Assembly (NCBI GenBank): GCA_965645245.1
Contig: OZ287079.1
Location: forward strand, 1,364,001 to 1,428,000
DNA from: Massalongia carnosa
Lineage: Eukaryota
DNA: 64,000 nt
Reading direction: 5' to 3'
This document shows, one piece after another, positions 1 to 11,670 of the stretch. The notes under the pieces are model-generated. The model saw only the letters and a program-made list of their open reading frames with translations. It was not told the DNA's origin and did not search any database. The stretch's first letter is position 1; each line of letters opens with the position of its first letter. The position numbers and the translations under genes were made by a program.

Positions 1-1
1 T

Positions 2-748
2 TCTAGCTGTATCGTTGACCTGCGGCCCTGGGACTCCGGCGGTTTCGCTCCGAATTTCTGGGTTGACGTTTTGAGTCAAATTCGAATTTCCATTTGAATT
101 TCCCTTCGATTTTGTCTGTATAGGATGCACCGATTGTCTCTTTGTTTCTGGAATTTGGCTAGTTTGTTCTAGCACCCTATTCAATTTCCAATCAATCATT
201 TCTAACGTTGCTTTTGGCTTGATCGATTTCTTTGCCAGTAGAGAATTGACGTGATCGATGACCATAGCCGTTTCGGGGTTTTGATCTATTACGAATGACT
301 CTAATAATGCATTTTTTGCCGTATTCAATAGTTGAATCGATTTTGATCGATTGATTACTTCTTGACTCTCAATCGAATGTTCGTCAAATGTTCGTCTTTT
401 GTTGCGTTTAATTGGTGGACTCAGTCGAATATCAGAATTCAATGATGGCATGGGCAGATTGGTACTGAATTCACCAGATGGCGCGACAAAAGGTTTCGTT
501 TTTGGGGTGGGTGTGGACGGTGCGGACGAAAATTCTCGCGTTTGGTCCATGGCCTCCGTGGATTCTACGGTTAGGGGGTTGCTCCCAATTATCGCTACCG
601 AAGATGGCGTGGGGGAGTCGGTTCGGGGGGGGCACGGGGGAGTACTCGGGGGGACCCATAGATGTTGTGGAGGGGGGCCTGGGGGAGGAGTTGTTGGTAT
701 CAATCGATTTGGTCTATGACCTATCGGGTTAAATCTTCGATTGAGCAT
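2..748 (-). CDS. Partial ORF running off the window; probable LINE ORF1 (gag-like) N-terminus
   Basis: Stop-free frame from ATG at 748 to the window edge (MLNRRFNPIGHRPNRLIPTTPPPGPPP...IKRNKRRTFDEH...), Pro-rich start, preceded by a ~700-bp leader; absent from the ORF track because it has no stop. LINE assignment is inference. Confidence 0.5.
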   Translation of the reverse strand, partial: MLNRRFNPIGHRPNRLIPTTPPPGPPPQHLWVPPSTPPCPPRTDSPTPSSVAIIGSNPLTVESTEAMDQTREFSSAPSTPTPKTKPFVAPSGEFSTNLPMPSLNSDIRLSPPIKRNKRRTFDEHSIESQEVINRSKSIQLLNTAKNALLESFVIDQNPETAMVIDHVNSLLAKKSIKPKATLEMIDWKLNRVLEQTSQIPETKRQSVHPIQTKSKGNSNGNSNLTQNVNPEIRSETAGVPGPQVNDTAR

Positions 749-1651
749 AGTGTTTTTGCCTTTGCAATATCCCTTTTATCGCCACCAAATAATTTATTCT
801 GACTTTCCCCGGACGTACTAGTCAGAATAGAATTTACACCTGTTTGTTTACTGGTCAAATGACTCTTTCTTTCCTATCCCTATTTATTTGACTATAACGC
901 GTCAAATAAATCCTAATCGGGTTAAAATAGACCGTTCCTCGCTAAGGCAGTAAGTCTTATTTAACCCTTTACCAGACACTACAATAGGTGAAAATAATGA
1001 AAGTTTTTTTTTGCTTTTTTCAATAAAGATAAATTTTAATGCAATGTAAGACAATAGGAGACTTCCTATTCTGATTAATCTGAAACAGGACCTTTGGTAT
1101 AATCCTATTCCAGACGTTTTTCCCCTTCTTTTCAGTGATCTGTTGACCGGCCGTTCAACGAAGATCTATAAAGCCGAAAATGGAATGTGCAAAAATTATA
1201 CGTGAAATATGCTATGAAAATTTGTGCTTGCGGAAGTTCCCGTAACCTTAAATGAGGAATGAACTTTAGAAGACTCTGACGTCGCGACAGTTGTTGTACA
1301 GTCCCGCGAGAGTAGATAATTTTTGTAGATAATTTTTATAGTAATAATTGAAGGTCATGCGACAACAGAACAGAAGAAAACAAGAAAAAAGAGCGATTTT
1401 TTTGGTGAGGTTGTTGGTATTTGTTGTTTTTTCCAACTTCTAGAGCGCGCTTTATCACGTCGGTCGCGTGCGACCAGCAGAAAAACTCTGCTGGAGCTTT
1501 GCTAGAGCTCTCCTACACTCAATCTGAGAGCGTTTTAACTCTGGAGGAGCGCAAATGACTGAGAAATAGAGGCTCAATTGACTGTTAAAGTTATAGTGTA
1601 TCAAAAGTTGCGGTACTTGTGTTTCTTGTTGTTCAGGCGTCCAATGGCAAC

Positions 1652-3701
1652 AATGACAAATCTGAGTTGATTCACTTCGAAAAGTCAAGAAATGCATCAA
1701 AAGACAAAGTGAAATTCCCAAACGGCACAATACTAGAACCGAAAAATTCTGTCAAATGGTTATGAGTCTGGTTAGATCGAAAACTAAATTACAAAAAACA
1801 CGTCGAAACACGAATTGCTTCTGCAAATCGATCGTTTTTCGCAATTACAAATCTGATGAAGTCTGAATGGGGACTAAAGCCAACTGCATGCAGACAGCTC
1901 TATTTGTCATGCATTATTCCTATTTCGGACTATGGCTCAGAAATCTGGTATAATGGTCAAAAGAAATATGAAAAGCTATTTCACAATCTGCAAAATCGAA
2001 TGATTCGAAAGATTTTAGGCATATTCAAAACCACGCCTGTTCAGGCGATGGAAATTGAATCGCATATTTTACCAGCCAAGCTACGATTGTTGATGAAAAA
2101 TCAAAAATACGCGATTCGATTATTGAAGATTGCCAAAAATAATCCTATTTGTCATAGAATTCCCAGTACCTATTCGGTGAAATTCGAAAACATTGGTTTT
2201 GACACTAGTTTATGGAACAACAGATATGCTGAATGGAACGAAGACGAGAAAAAATCGAGTAAACCTCATCCTAGTCAGCTTATCCGTATTCTTCATTCCG
2301 TTTCGGATATAGTTCACAAAACTGAGGAATTCGAATCAGTAAATAATTTCATCCAACCATGGAAGCCGTCTTGTAAAATCAAGTTCCAAATCGAAAGATC
2401 AAAAGAAACAGCAAAGTCAAGTTATTATTCGACTTTATCAAAAATTCAATCAATAAACGCCGATAAATCGCGAGTGTTACTCTATACCGATGGATCAAAA
2501 ACCGAGTTTTCAACTTCACCTGTCACATTTGCACCAATTATGCGAAATTGGAACAATTTCACCGATAACTTCAATCGTTTTATCGAAAAAGATTGTCTTC
2601 TCAAACATCATACGATTTCGAAAAGCTGGAAATTAAACAAACAGTCAAGCGTTAAAAACGCTGAACTGTATGCGATACTACAAGAAATAAAATGGGCATA
2701 CAAATTGACAAGAATATTCTCTCCAATTTAGAAGAAATGATTTGGATTTTTTCCGATAGCATAAATGCGATAAACGAAATTCAGAACTTGACAAATCATA
2801 CTTACGCAAAACAAATTCGAAAATTCTCGAAATGCTTATTCGGAAACAATTATCAGGTGGTTCTACAATGGATTCCTAGTAATTCGAAAATCGTCGAAAA
2901 TGAAATTGTAGATAAAGCAGCAAAAGCGGGACATAGTCGGTCGAATCCTAGTCGAGTCTTCGATAATAATATTTGATTATATAAAGGGTCAAATAAATCG
3001 AAATATGTTAGCCACATGGGCGAATCAATGGCAACAATGCAAGTCAAAATGCAAATACTATGAGAAATTCGAAATGCAGCCGGGCAAATCGAGTTTTTAT
3101 TATCTGTCGAATAATTGTTCTAAATTAATATTTGCAACTATTATGCAAATGAAATTCGGACACGGTTATTTTCGATCATATCTGCACCGATTGAAAGATT
3201 ATAATTCGTCAAAATGCACAGGGCGCTGCAACGAACGTCAAACGCCAGAACACTTATTGATGAATTGCATACATTATTCCAATGAAATCCTAAATATGAA
3301 ATAAAATATCGATAGCACAATTACTTTAAAAATGTTTCTTAATACTAGGATCGGAAATAATATTTTGATTAAATTTATTGTTGATAACAAAATCGCGACT
3401 AGAAAATGGATGCTAGGTCAGCTCGATGACGAAAATATCGAAACGGGAGGTTGGGGAGAGATCGTACAGTAAAATTAGAAATGATTTATGCTGGAATATT
3501 CACGAGCTTTACAAAAACATATTGTAAAATCGATATTTCGATTACTAAAGTTTGTTACTAACACGGAGTAAAAACGGGGCAATATTGACGATACATAGTT
3601 GGGTTATAAAGGGTTGATTTATTTGTAAAAAAAAAACATATCTTAAAATAGTTTAGTGTCATAACCTTAGGTTGAATACACTTAATGAATAAATAAAAAA
3701 A
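1652..3701 (+). mobile_element. 5'-truncated Tad1-like LINE (end of RT, RNase H, CCHC), frameshifted
   Basis: Near-identical to 13410-15462; RNase H motifs LYTDGSK, AELYAI, IFSDS, QWIPS; CTGRC..EHLLMNC; ends in AATAAATAAAAAAA. Confidence 0.93.
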
Positions 3702-3838
3702 ATATTCGTAAAGTATCGGATTACTTGGTTTTCTTCCTCAAAAAGTTTTCCATGTATTATATAATCCTTTAGACTCGCCCGAATAGGCCGGCCTTCGGCC
3801 GGTACCACATCGGAATAAGACTTATCATCATCATCATA
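3702..3838 (+). mobile_element. Short 3' end of a second LINE family (double stem-loop plus (ATC)n tail)
   Basis: GCCCGAATAGGCCGGCCTTCGGCCGGT followed by ATCATCATCATC; same motif at 5546(-), 22066 and 46328. Confidence 0.7.
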
Positions 3839-3918
3839 ACCTTAGATTAAATACTCTTAATAGATAAATAAATAATAAACAGCTGGATCGGACAAAGCGA
3901 TTATCTATATAGACTCCT

Positions 3919-4065
3919 CTAACACGGAGTAAAAACGGGGGAAAATTGACGATACATAGATGGTTTATAAAGGGTTGATTTATTTGTATTATAGAAACAT
4001 ATCCTAAAATAGTTTAGTGTCATAACCTTAGGTTGAATACACTTAATGAATAAATAAATAAATAA
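3919..4065 (+). mobile_element. 147-bp 5'-truncated retrocopy of the LINE 3' UTR
   Basis: Matches 3558-3700 and 15318-15460; (AAAT)n tail; 13-bp TSD TATATAGACTCCT at 3906-3918 and 4066-4078. Confidence 0.85.
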
Positions 4066-4939
4066 TATATAGACTCCTAGAGAGGGTACCCTTTGCTTGT
4101 TTCCTTTCTGCATCTTTGATATTTTCTAGTGCATAGCTTCCTATTAGATAGTCAACTCCATATCCTGGTTGAATAGTCACAGTTAGAAAGATTCAGAAAA
4201 AATAGACAAAACAATTCTAGACACTGACAAAAATTTCTATCTTCACATGAAACGGCATTTTTTCAAAAGCTCGTCAAGTATATTCGTCGTAGTTCGTTCA
4301 ATTATGACGCGTGATTTTATTATATAACAAACGTCAAAGAACATAAAAAAATCGAACGATATCTGTAATAGATAAGTCGCCATACCGAATAAATACTTAC
4401 AAATTATAATTAAAGTATTTAAAACACTTCTATTATCGACACTAAAAACGAAAACGTATATAATCTCAATTTAAATCAACTTAAGACTTAGGTTAAACAT
4501 CGCTTGTGTCAGGAATTATTGCAAATAAATTCAGAGAACGAACTAAACGAAAGCGAGCTTCTGCGAGTATTCCGAAAACGCTAGACTATGCATAAATCAA
4601 GAAAATAATATCGAATATACAAAAAAGCTTGCTGTCGATAGCTAATTTATCACAAATCGAAATCTTTTCAAATACAGTTCGAAACATTGAAAAAGCGCGT
4701 GTCGTTCAAGATAACTTAATCGTAAAAATAAAACAACTATATACAAATGCATGACAGATTTTTAAAAATCATTTCAGAATCTCACATTTACGTCTACTTC
4801 AACAAAAGTAGCCTTATTCACGAAAAAAGCATCAAATTACACGAAAATTCAGTTAAAGCAGAAAACTTTTTGATAATTCAAATAAGCTTAGAAAAGATAA
4901 GTCTAGTCGACTTTTTATTAGACGTCGCGTTTTCGACAT

Positions 4940-5289
4940 TGTAAGGGGGTGGAGCGGTGATACTCTAAATTCAAATTGCTAGCGGTTCGGGAGTTGGTTC
5001 TTTTCGGCTGATACTCGGTAAAGGTAGCGGGGAAGTCAGGTGACAGTCTTTCTTTTAGTTTAGTTATAAATAGTTCTTTTCCTTTTAGAGCAAGCATGCT
5101 CGTAGCAATAGCTACAACACATAACATCAACACATACAGTTCACAGGCACGAGGCACGAGGCACGAGGCATACAGAGACCAGTCTAGCTATTGTCCTTAT
5201 TCTATTGTTCTGTTCTTCTCTTGTTTGTTTGTTCTCTTGCACTCCTAGCAGTAGTGGACCACGCACACCACCCAGTTCATCCTTCCACA
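4940..5289. mobile_element. Solo LTR (350 bp)
   Basis: TG...CA ends, 4-bp flanking repeat ACAT. Confidence 0.7.
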
Positions 5290-5499
5290 ACATCTTGACA
5301 TAAAAGCATTCATGTGATTGATCAAAATAAATCGCGAAACATGTAATCATGGTTTGCAAATTCAAGAATAATAAATATTTAATGTTACGCTTCATAGAAA
5401 AAAATAATTATCGATTTATTACTGCTTAATTTAGAGCGATAAAATTAATCATCGCTTGATTAATAAAGATCGATTTGTTAATTTAGTTCTCTCTGACAG

Positions 5500-5725
5500 A
5501 AAATCATTTGATGAAGATAATAATGTATCCATACTTTAATATGTCACCGGCCAAAGGCCGGCCCATGCGGGCAAAGCTATCTAAGTTGTATTATATGGAA
5601 ACCCTTTTTCAGGTGTATAAACTATATCCCTCAATACCTGTCCGATGTGACACCGTGTCGAGGTCGGATAGGAGACGTAGCTTTGACGCATTGTGAGATA
5701 AGAAAAAAGGAAAAGAGAAGTAAAA
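5500..5725 (-). mobile_element. LINE 3' end fragment (family of 21900-22135)
   Basis: Reverse complement resembles 21905-22130 including the CCCGCATGGG/CCGGCC-GGCCGG stem-loops. Confidence 0.7.
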
Positions 5726-6492
5726 CTGCTTTTAATTATACAATAGTGTAGATCCTAGTGAGAATTTGGTCATTAGACCTGTTTTTCATTAGTCAAGTAA
5801 TTAATATCTTTAGAGTTTTTGATGTTCGGTCAGCTGTTGATAGTTATTCGTGCCAGCAGTGCGAAACATATGTTCCATATTGCCAATGAACTATAAATAA
5901 TTCAGCTCCAATTTTTAAAGTAGAAGACAACGTATGATTGAATTCAAAAACATACCTATTCAGAGATTTGTTCGCACACTGAACTGAAAAAAGCTCGATT
6001 TCTTTAAAATGTTTCAAACCGTCAATAAATACGGGTATCGTCTCGATCTTTTTTTCGATATGAAAATTTCTTCTGTGTTTCATGTCTCGCTTCTAATTCC
6101 TATTTCTCGCGGTTTTCATTCTGATCACATTTCTTTAACCTTTTCAGCAATTCTCGTCGACGACGAGAAAATATTTAAAATAAAGAAAATTCTCGACTTC
6201 AAGCTTGTGTGAAAACGTTTAAAGTATCTTGTACAATAAATAAAATGAAACGATTTTTTTTAAAAAATAAGCTGAATACACCCGTTTGCAAAATGGTGTG
6301 CCGAACTTTGAACCCCGAAACTGCGCGGTAAAAATAAATTAACCGACAGAATTAGACTACACATCAGACTTTGGTGCAGTAGCTAATGGCCCTCCTCCCT
6401 TTCAAACTACCTTTTGCATTCTGTAGGATAAATGATATGTAGTGTTTTCATATAGATCTTTATTTTGCTACCTCGTAGTTTCAAAAGCAAAC

Positions 6493-7834
6493 ATGGGACG
6501 ACCATTTAGTATCATCAAACACCAGGCTATAAAGTTCAGACTGGAATCGGATGAAGATGCTACTGGTGTCAGCATTAGACAACTACGTAAGATGAGACAT
6601 AATTGGGAACATTTTTTTCGGTGAGGTTGCAAAACCTCAGCTTGCTACTGGCCGGCGCAAGAAAATAAATCAACAAATCAATCAACTACTCGTGTATCTG
6701 GATCAGAGACCTACCTCTTATTTGGACGAGATGTGCTGGTTTTTTTTGTATGATGAATTTGACGTCTTGGTGAGCGAGTCTACGGTTTCTCGAACTCTTA
6801 AGCAGATGGCCTAGAATCGAAAGATAGCTATTCGTATATCATAACAATGCAACCAATCTTTGCTTGATGAGAAGATGATTAGACTAGGGGGATAGAGGGC
6901 TGATCAGTTGATTTTCTGGACGAAAGCGCTACATGCGAGCATACTGGTCAGTACTATTTGAAGAACTTCAGTTTCTTTGCTAATTGTTATTACTTTAGGT
7001 GATCGTCGATATGGATGGGCCGCACCAGGAATCAAACCGACCATGGTTCAAGCGCTCAAACCTTCTAAGAAATGAAGTATATTACTAGCGTTCACTATCG
7101 ACGGTTTCATAGCTTGGGAGGTGCATCATGGCTCTATAATATCAGATATTCTGAATGAATTCGTCAGGCTCAAGGTTTTACCATACTGCGCTGGAGATAA
7201 TAGTCCTCGTTCGGTCTTGATTATGGATAATGCCTCTATACATTGGAGTGAGGACTTGAGAATCATGTGTCAGGATGCATATGTTTTGCTGGTTCATTTG
7301 CCTCCGTAATCACCCGATTTTAATCCAATAGAGACTTCAATCTCTATTCTTAAGGCTTGGATTAAACGTCACAGTAGTTTAATTGATTCATATATAGAGG
7401 AATCTGGTGGATTTGGGAGATTTTAGAAGATGCACTTGTTAGATGGTAAGGACTAGCATCTAATATCTATCTAGTTATTAGATTGTAAGAACTGTTAGAG
7501 GGTAAGTGATAGATGGTAAGAACTGTTAGACTACCATCATGGGCATCCGTCTAGTGTCTATCTTTGGTGACCCTACCACGGGGGCCGAAGTGACCTCTGG
7601 GGACCGAGAATCAGTGGACCAGCTGACTCCCTATGAAAAGGAGTCGCCGGAAAGTCTTCAATGTGACTGCTATATAATGAGTTGATAGCTCACATATAAT
7701 CCACGCCTTCAATGACAATCATGCTATTTATTATACCTACAAAGTGAAGCTATATTTTCATAGCACTACAGGCTATAAGTGAAGATATTTCATATGATGC
7801 AGGTGCATTGTTTCGACAGTCTAGTATTGAATAA
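6493..7834 (+). pseudogene. Tc1/mariner DD34E-type transposase, disrupted
   Basis: FLDES-like, IMDNASIH and LPP*SPDFNPIE motifs; stops, frameshifts, solo-LTR insertion. Confidence 0.85.
7437..7762. mobile_element. Solo LTR (326 bp) inside the transposase
   Basis: TG...TA (CA mutated); TSD GCACT at 7432-7436 and 7763-7767; removal restores EDALQAISED. Confidence 0.75.
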
Positions 7835-7858
7835 AACTCATAAAAATCAATTTCCTCA

Positions 7859-8447
7859 TCAGCTACTGTCTTCCGTATCATCCTCGTCGTCCTCCTCATC
7901 CTCCTCCTTATCCTCCTCGTCCTCCTCGTCCTCCTCGTCCTCCTCGTCCTCCTCGTCCTCCTCGTCCTCCTCGTCGTCCTCCTCGTCCTCCTCGTCCTCC
8001 TCGTCCTCCTCGTCGTCCTCCTCGTCCTCCTCGTCGTCCTCCTCGTCCTCCTCGTCCTCCTCGTCGTCCTCCTCGTCCTCCTCGTCCTCCTCGTCGTCCT
8101 CCTCGTCCTCGTCAAGGTCCTCCTCCTTCTCCTCTCCGTTCTCCTCGTCATTCAAAGCCTTTTGTATAGTCCTAGTAGTTAGCGGACGTACATTGAAGTT
8201 TGGCCAGAAATTCTTTGACAAAGATTAACTAGAGGAACGTGATTCTGATGGAGGAGGAGGAACAATTATAGGTTCAGAATCGTGCTCGGATGATTGCTGC
8301 TTCAATTTTCTAGTAAATTTGCTAATATCGCGAGCCAAACGTATGCCGATGCCAGGTTCGATTCCCATTTTCTCCCATTTTTCCTCATAAACAGTATCTT
8401 TCTACTGCTGAATGGCTTGGTTTATAAATCAGAGTAAACAAAACAGG

Positions 8448-8483
<36 letters not shown>

Positions 8484-8823
8484 TTCAGGAGCACTAGATA
8501 GCTTAGAAAGACAAGGAGAAGGCATACTACTGCGAGTCGGACGAACATTCCTTGGCTCGGGGAGGAGGAGACAATGAGGAGGTGAAGCCGAAGCCGAAGG
8601 AGAAGCTAGAGGAGATGGTAAAGGTGGACGTGATGGAAGATCAGGAATACGGGCATTTAAAACGGGTGATGATGATCTAGGAGGATTGATTCTAAGCCTT
8701 TGTTTAAATGAAGGTGCTGAATTCCCAGGTAATTTAGTAGTAGATGCCCGTTTTCATGATTATTTGGAGGGCTATTTGGGGGGCTGTTTGGAAGGCTGTT
8801 TAGGAGGCCGTTTTCGAGGCATG
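7859..8823 (-). pseudogene. Second, convergent ORF of the Tc1 element (Pro-rich N-terminus, (EP)n, acidic tail)
   Basis: MPRKRPPKQPSKQPP...PEPEPEPEP...GKWEKMGIEPGIGIRLARDISKF...DEDEED with several stops. Confidence 0.5.
7880..8112. repeat. (TCC/TCG)n triplet repeat; poly-Asp/Glu on minus strand
   Basis: Visible TCCTCCTCG/TCCTCGTCG array. Confidence 0.95.
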
Positions 8824-9302
8824 ATGATTGGAATAACTACGTTGAAAGTTTATACAAACGACAATCAAAAGGATATCATTAACCATATTATCCTATAGAC
8901 TGCAAAGGGCAGTGTGAAGGGGAGGAGGGCTATTAGCTCCTGCACCAAATTCTAGTGTGTAGTCCAATTCTTTCGGGGTTCAAAGTTCGGCACACTATTT
9001 TGCAAACTGGTGTACGTTAAAACGCAATTATTATAATAAAGAAATTTTATAAACGTTATTCGAATAAGCTTCAATAATTTACATCCATTGTTATCAATAA
9101 TTTACTTGAAATTAGACCTTAATAAAGAGAGTTATTGCCATGATAAAATTTCCACATCAACCTGGGGTGCCACCTTTGCCAAGGCAAGGCAGGTTTACAG
9201 TGCCGTAGTGCGTCCGGCCATGACATATGGGTCAACCGTATAGCACATGCCCAAAGAAGTCAAAAAGTCAAAGACGTCAACGAGCAAGCTCTCCGTGTAA
9301 TT

Positions 9303-9472
9303 TGTAACGGTTCGACCAAGCGTGGTGCGGACGGCAGGACCTACAGCGATCATAGCAGGAGTCCCAGTTATAGTAGAATAGAGCTTGGTCTGCGGACTAA
9401 GTATTGTGCCTTTTGGTCGGGAGGACAGGTAGCGCAATAGTAGAAATCTATTCACTATCTCGCTTCGTCACA
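9303..9472 (+). mobile_element. Solo LTR of the TRIM family, inside a probable ~400-bp solo LTR (9296-9861)
   Basis: Matches 53269-53439; TSD TAATT. Confidence 0.9.
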
Positions 9473-10173
9473 TAATTCGCGGGCTCCATCGTGTCAGCTG
9501 AACAAATATAATTTCTATCTATGTTTGGGCAACTCTCCCCTCGCTGCTGCCCTGCTGGCGCTCAGATTTGCTGAGGGCCCCTCCTATAATAGCTTTGTTT
9601 CAGTAGAAGTGAGAGGGGGAAAACTCCATCTACCTATGCGGCTGACTTAGGGAGTTAGTGGGTGGGCAAAGGACCTTTTTTTGCTGATCTCCGAATCAAT
9701 AGTGATGATGAGGAGAAGAGTGCCAAAAGGCCATCTATTTATGCCCTTTCTTTCCCCTCCTTGTCCAACTATTTGGACATCATCCTCCTTCGGCCTTTGT
9801 TGGCTATCCACGGCCTTGCCTCTACTCGGTCCCGTCATTACCTTTCGCCCTAGCCGAATTACTCATGTAAATAATTGCCTTTGCACTATAGCCGGTGCCT
9901 TTAAAGCCACTCCTATCTCAGTACTAGAAGTAGAGATATTCATAGCGTCTATAGACACGAATCTCGACATGGCATAAGCATAGGCAAGGCACCGGCTCCG
10001 AGGCTGAGGCTAATTGATGATCATCTCCTCCGCATGCAACAAAATAACTGACAAACTTCTAGGCAAGGCAGGTCGCAAACGACTTCAAAAGCCCACCCTG
10101 GGAGAGCCGAAACACGTCTGGACTAAAAGCCTACTGATCGACTCAAAAATAGTTAAACCATCAAAGGCACACC

Positions 10174-10741
10174 TATGACGAAGCGAGATAGTGAATAGAT
10201 TTCTACTATTGCGCCACCTGTCCTCCCGACCAAAAGGCACAATACTTAGTCCGCAGACTAAGCTCTATTCTACTATAACTGGGACTCCTGCTATGTTCGC
10301 TGTAGGTCCTGCCGCCCGCACCACGCTTGGTCGAACCGTTATACTACTGCCCGTCTAGCTGCGGCTAGCCCCTAGCCGCTTCCAGTTATAGTTAGCCCCG
10401 AAGAATGGGCTCTTCTTAGCGTACCGCCCTCGCCGATCCGACTTAGAGAGTTTTCATCCAACCCTTTCCCGTTTCGTCCTAGCTTCAGTCCGTCGAAGCA
10501 AGGCGAAAAGCGAGGAACTCAGGTCAGGAATCGAACTCACGACTAGTACACCGATTGATGACTAAGTATTTTATAACGAAGCGAGATAGTAAATAGATTT
10601 CTACCATTGCGCTACCTGTCCTCCCGACCAAAAGGCATAATACTTAGTCCGCAGACCAAGCTCTATTCTACTATAAATAGGACTCCTACTATGTTCGCTA
10701 TAGGTCCTGCTGTCCGCACCACGCTTGGTCGAACCGTTACA
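10174..10741 (-). mobile_element. Complete TRIM copy
   Basis: Two ~168-bp LTRs plus ~230-bp internal region, reverse complement of 53269-53839; TSD ACACC/ATACC. Confidence 0.9.
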
Positions 10742-11526
10742 ATACCAACCATGGTTCGAAGTCTACCCGGCGTAGCATCGCGAAGCTACCGTTGCGGCAA
10801 CGGCCCGACACTAGCAGATGCAATTAATTAAAGCACAACAAATAAAGGTCTGGAACGACTCGTGGTGGGCATATCAAAATCGCGTCAACGAACCATCCCA
10901 CGCGCGTGACAGAAACAGGCGGACACCAAAATAAGCATCACATTTACTATCACATTATTATATATCGGTCCTCCTCCTTCTACACCATCGGTCCTCCTCC
11001 TTCTACACCATCGGTCCTCCTTCTACACCATCGGTCCTCACCACGGAGACGCCAAAGGCCTCACCGTGGAGCGACCGACAAACATAGATTTGCTCCTATC
11101 TTTTCGCATCAAAACAATGCTAATTTAACGCGTTCACACGCGTCGCAGACGTACGTACGGAAGAGGATACGAAGGCCAACCGCCGGGGGGTAGAATGCGC
11201 GCGTCCCTGCACCATGCTTCTAAGGGTTCAAGTCCCTTCATGCAGTCATCAGCTGGAAGAAGATGTGGACCAAAGGAGCCGCATCATCCCCCACCCGGGC
11301 ACAATCGACACGCGTTCTAGCTCCTGAGAGTTCAAGTCTCCCCATGCAGTCATCAGCTGGGATCAACAGAACGCGTAAAGGCACCGGGGCGAATGCTGTC
11401 ACCTCAAGAAAACTCCATCTTGGAGCAGAATAACAATATCCCATTTAATAGGCCCGGCCTGTTAAATAAAATCGAGGAAAACACAGAGTCACAAAACACA
11501 TATTTATCAATCACACGTTGTACAAA

Positions 11527-11670
11527 GCACACAGTCACAAAGCACACAGTCACAAACATACAGTCACAAACACACAGTCAAAAAACACACAGTCACAAAA
11601 CACACAGTCACAAAACACACAGTCACAAAACACACAGTCACAAAACACACAGTCACAAAAAACACAATCA
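11527..11670 (+). repeat. 15-bp tandem repeat (ACAAAACACACAGTC)n, about 9 units
   Basis: Directly visible. Confidence 0.95.

Larger units (their letters stand above)
4200..6278 (+). pseudogene. Heavily mutated AT-rich Ty3/Gypsy pol remnant (integrase/chromodomain), resuming at 9015-9080
   Basis: Residual YRLDLFFDMKISSVFHVSLL and ILVDDEKIFKIKKILD..KYLV; many stops. Confidence 0.7.
6279..9012 (+). mobile_element. Tc1/mariner DNA transposon with ~150-bp imperfect TIRs and TA TSD
   Basis: CACCCGTTTGCAAAATGGTGTGCCGAACTTTGAACCCCGAAA mirrored at 8971-9012; TA at 6277-6278 and 9013-9014. Confidence 0.9.

Noticed and set aside
7750..8228. Poly-Ser and Arg/Thr ORFs
   Set aside because: Alternative frames of the triplet repeat
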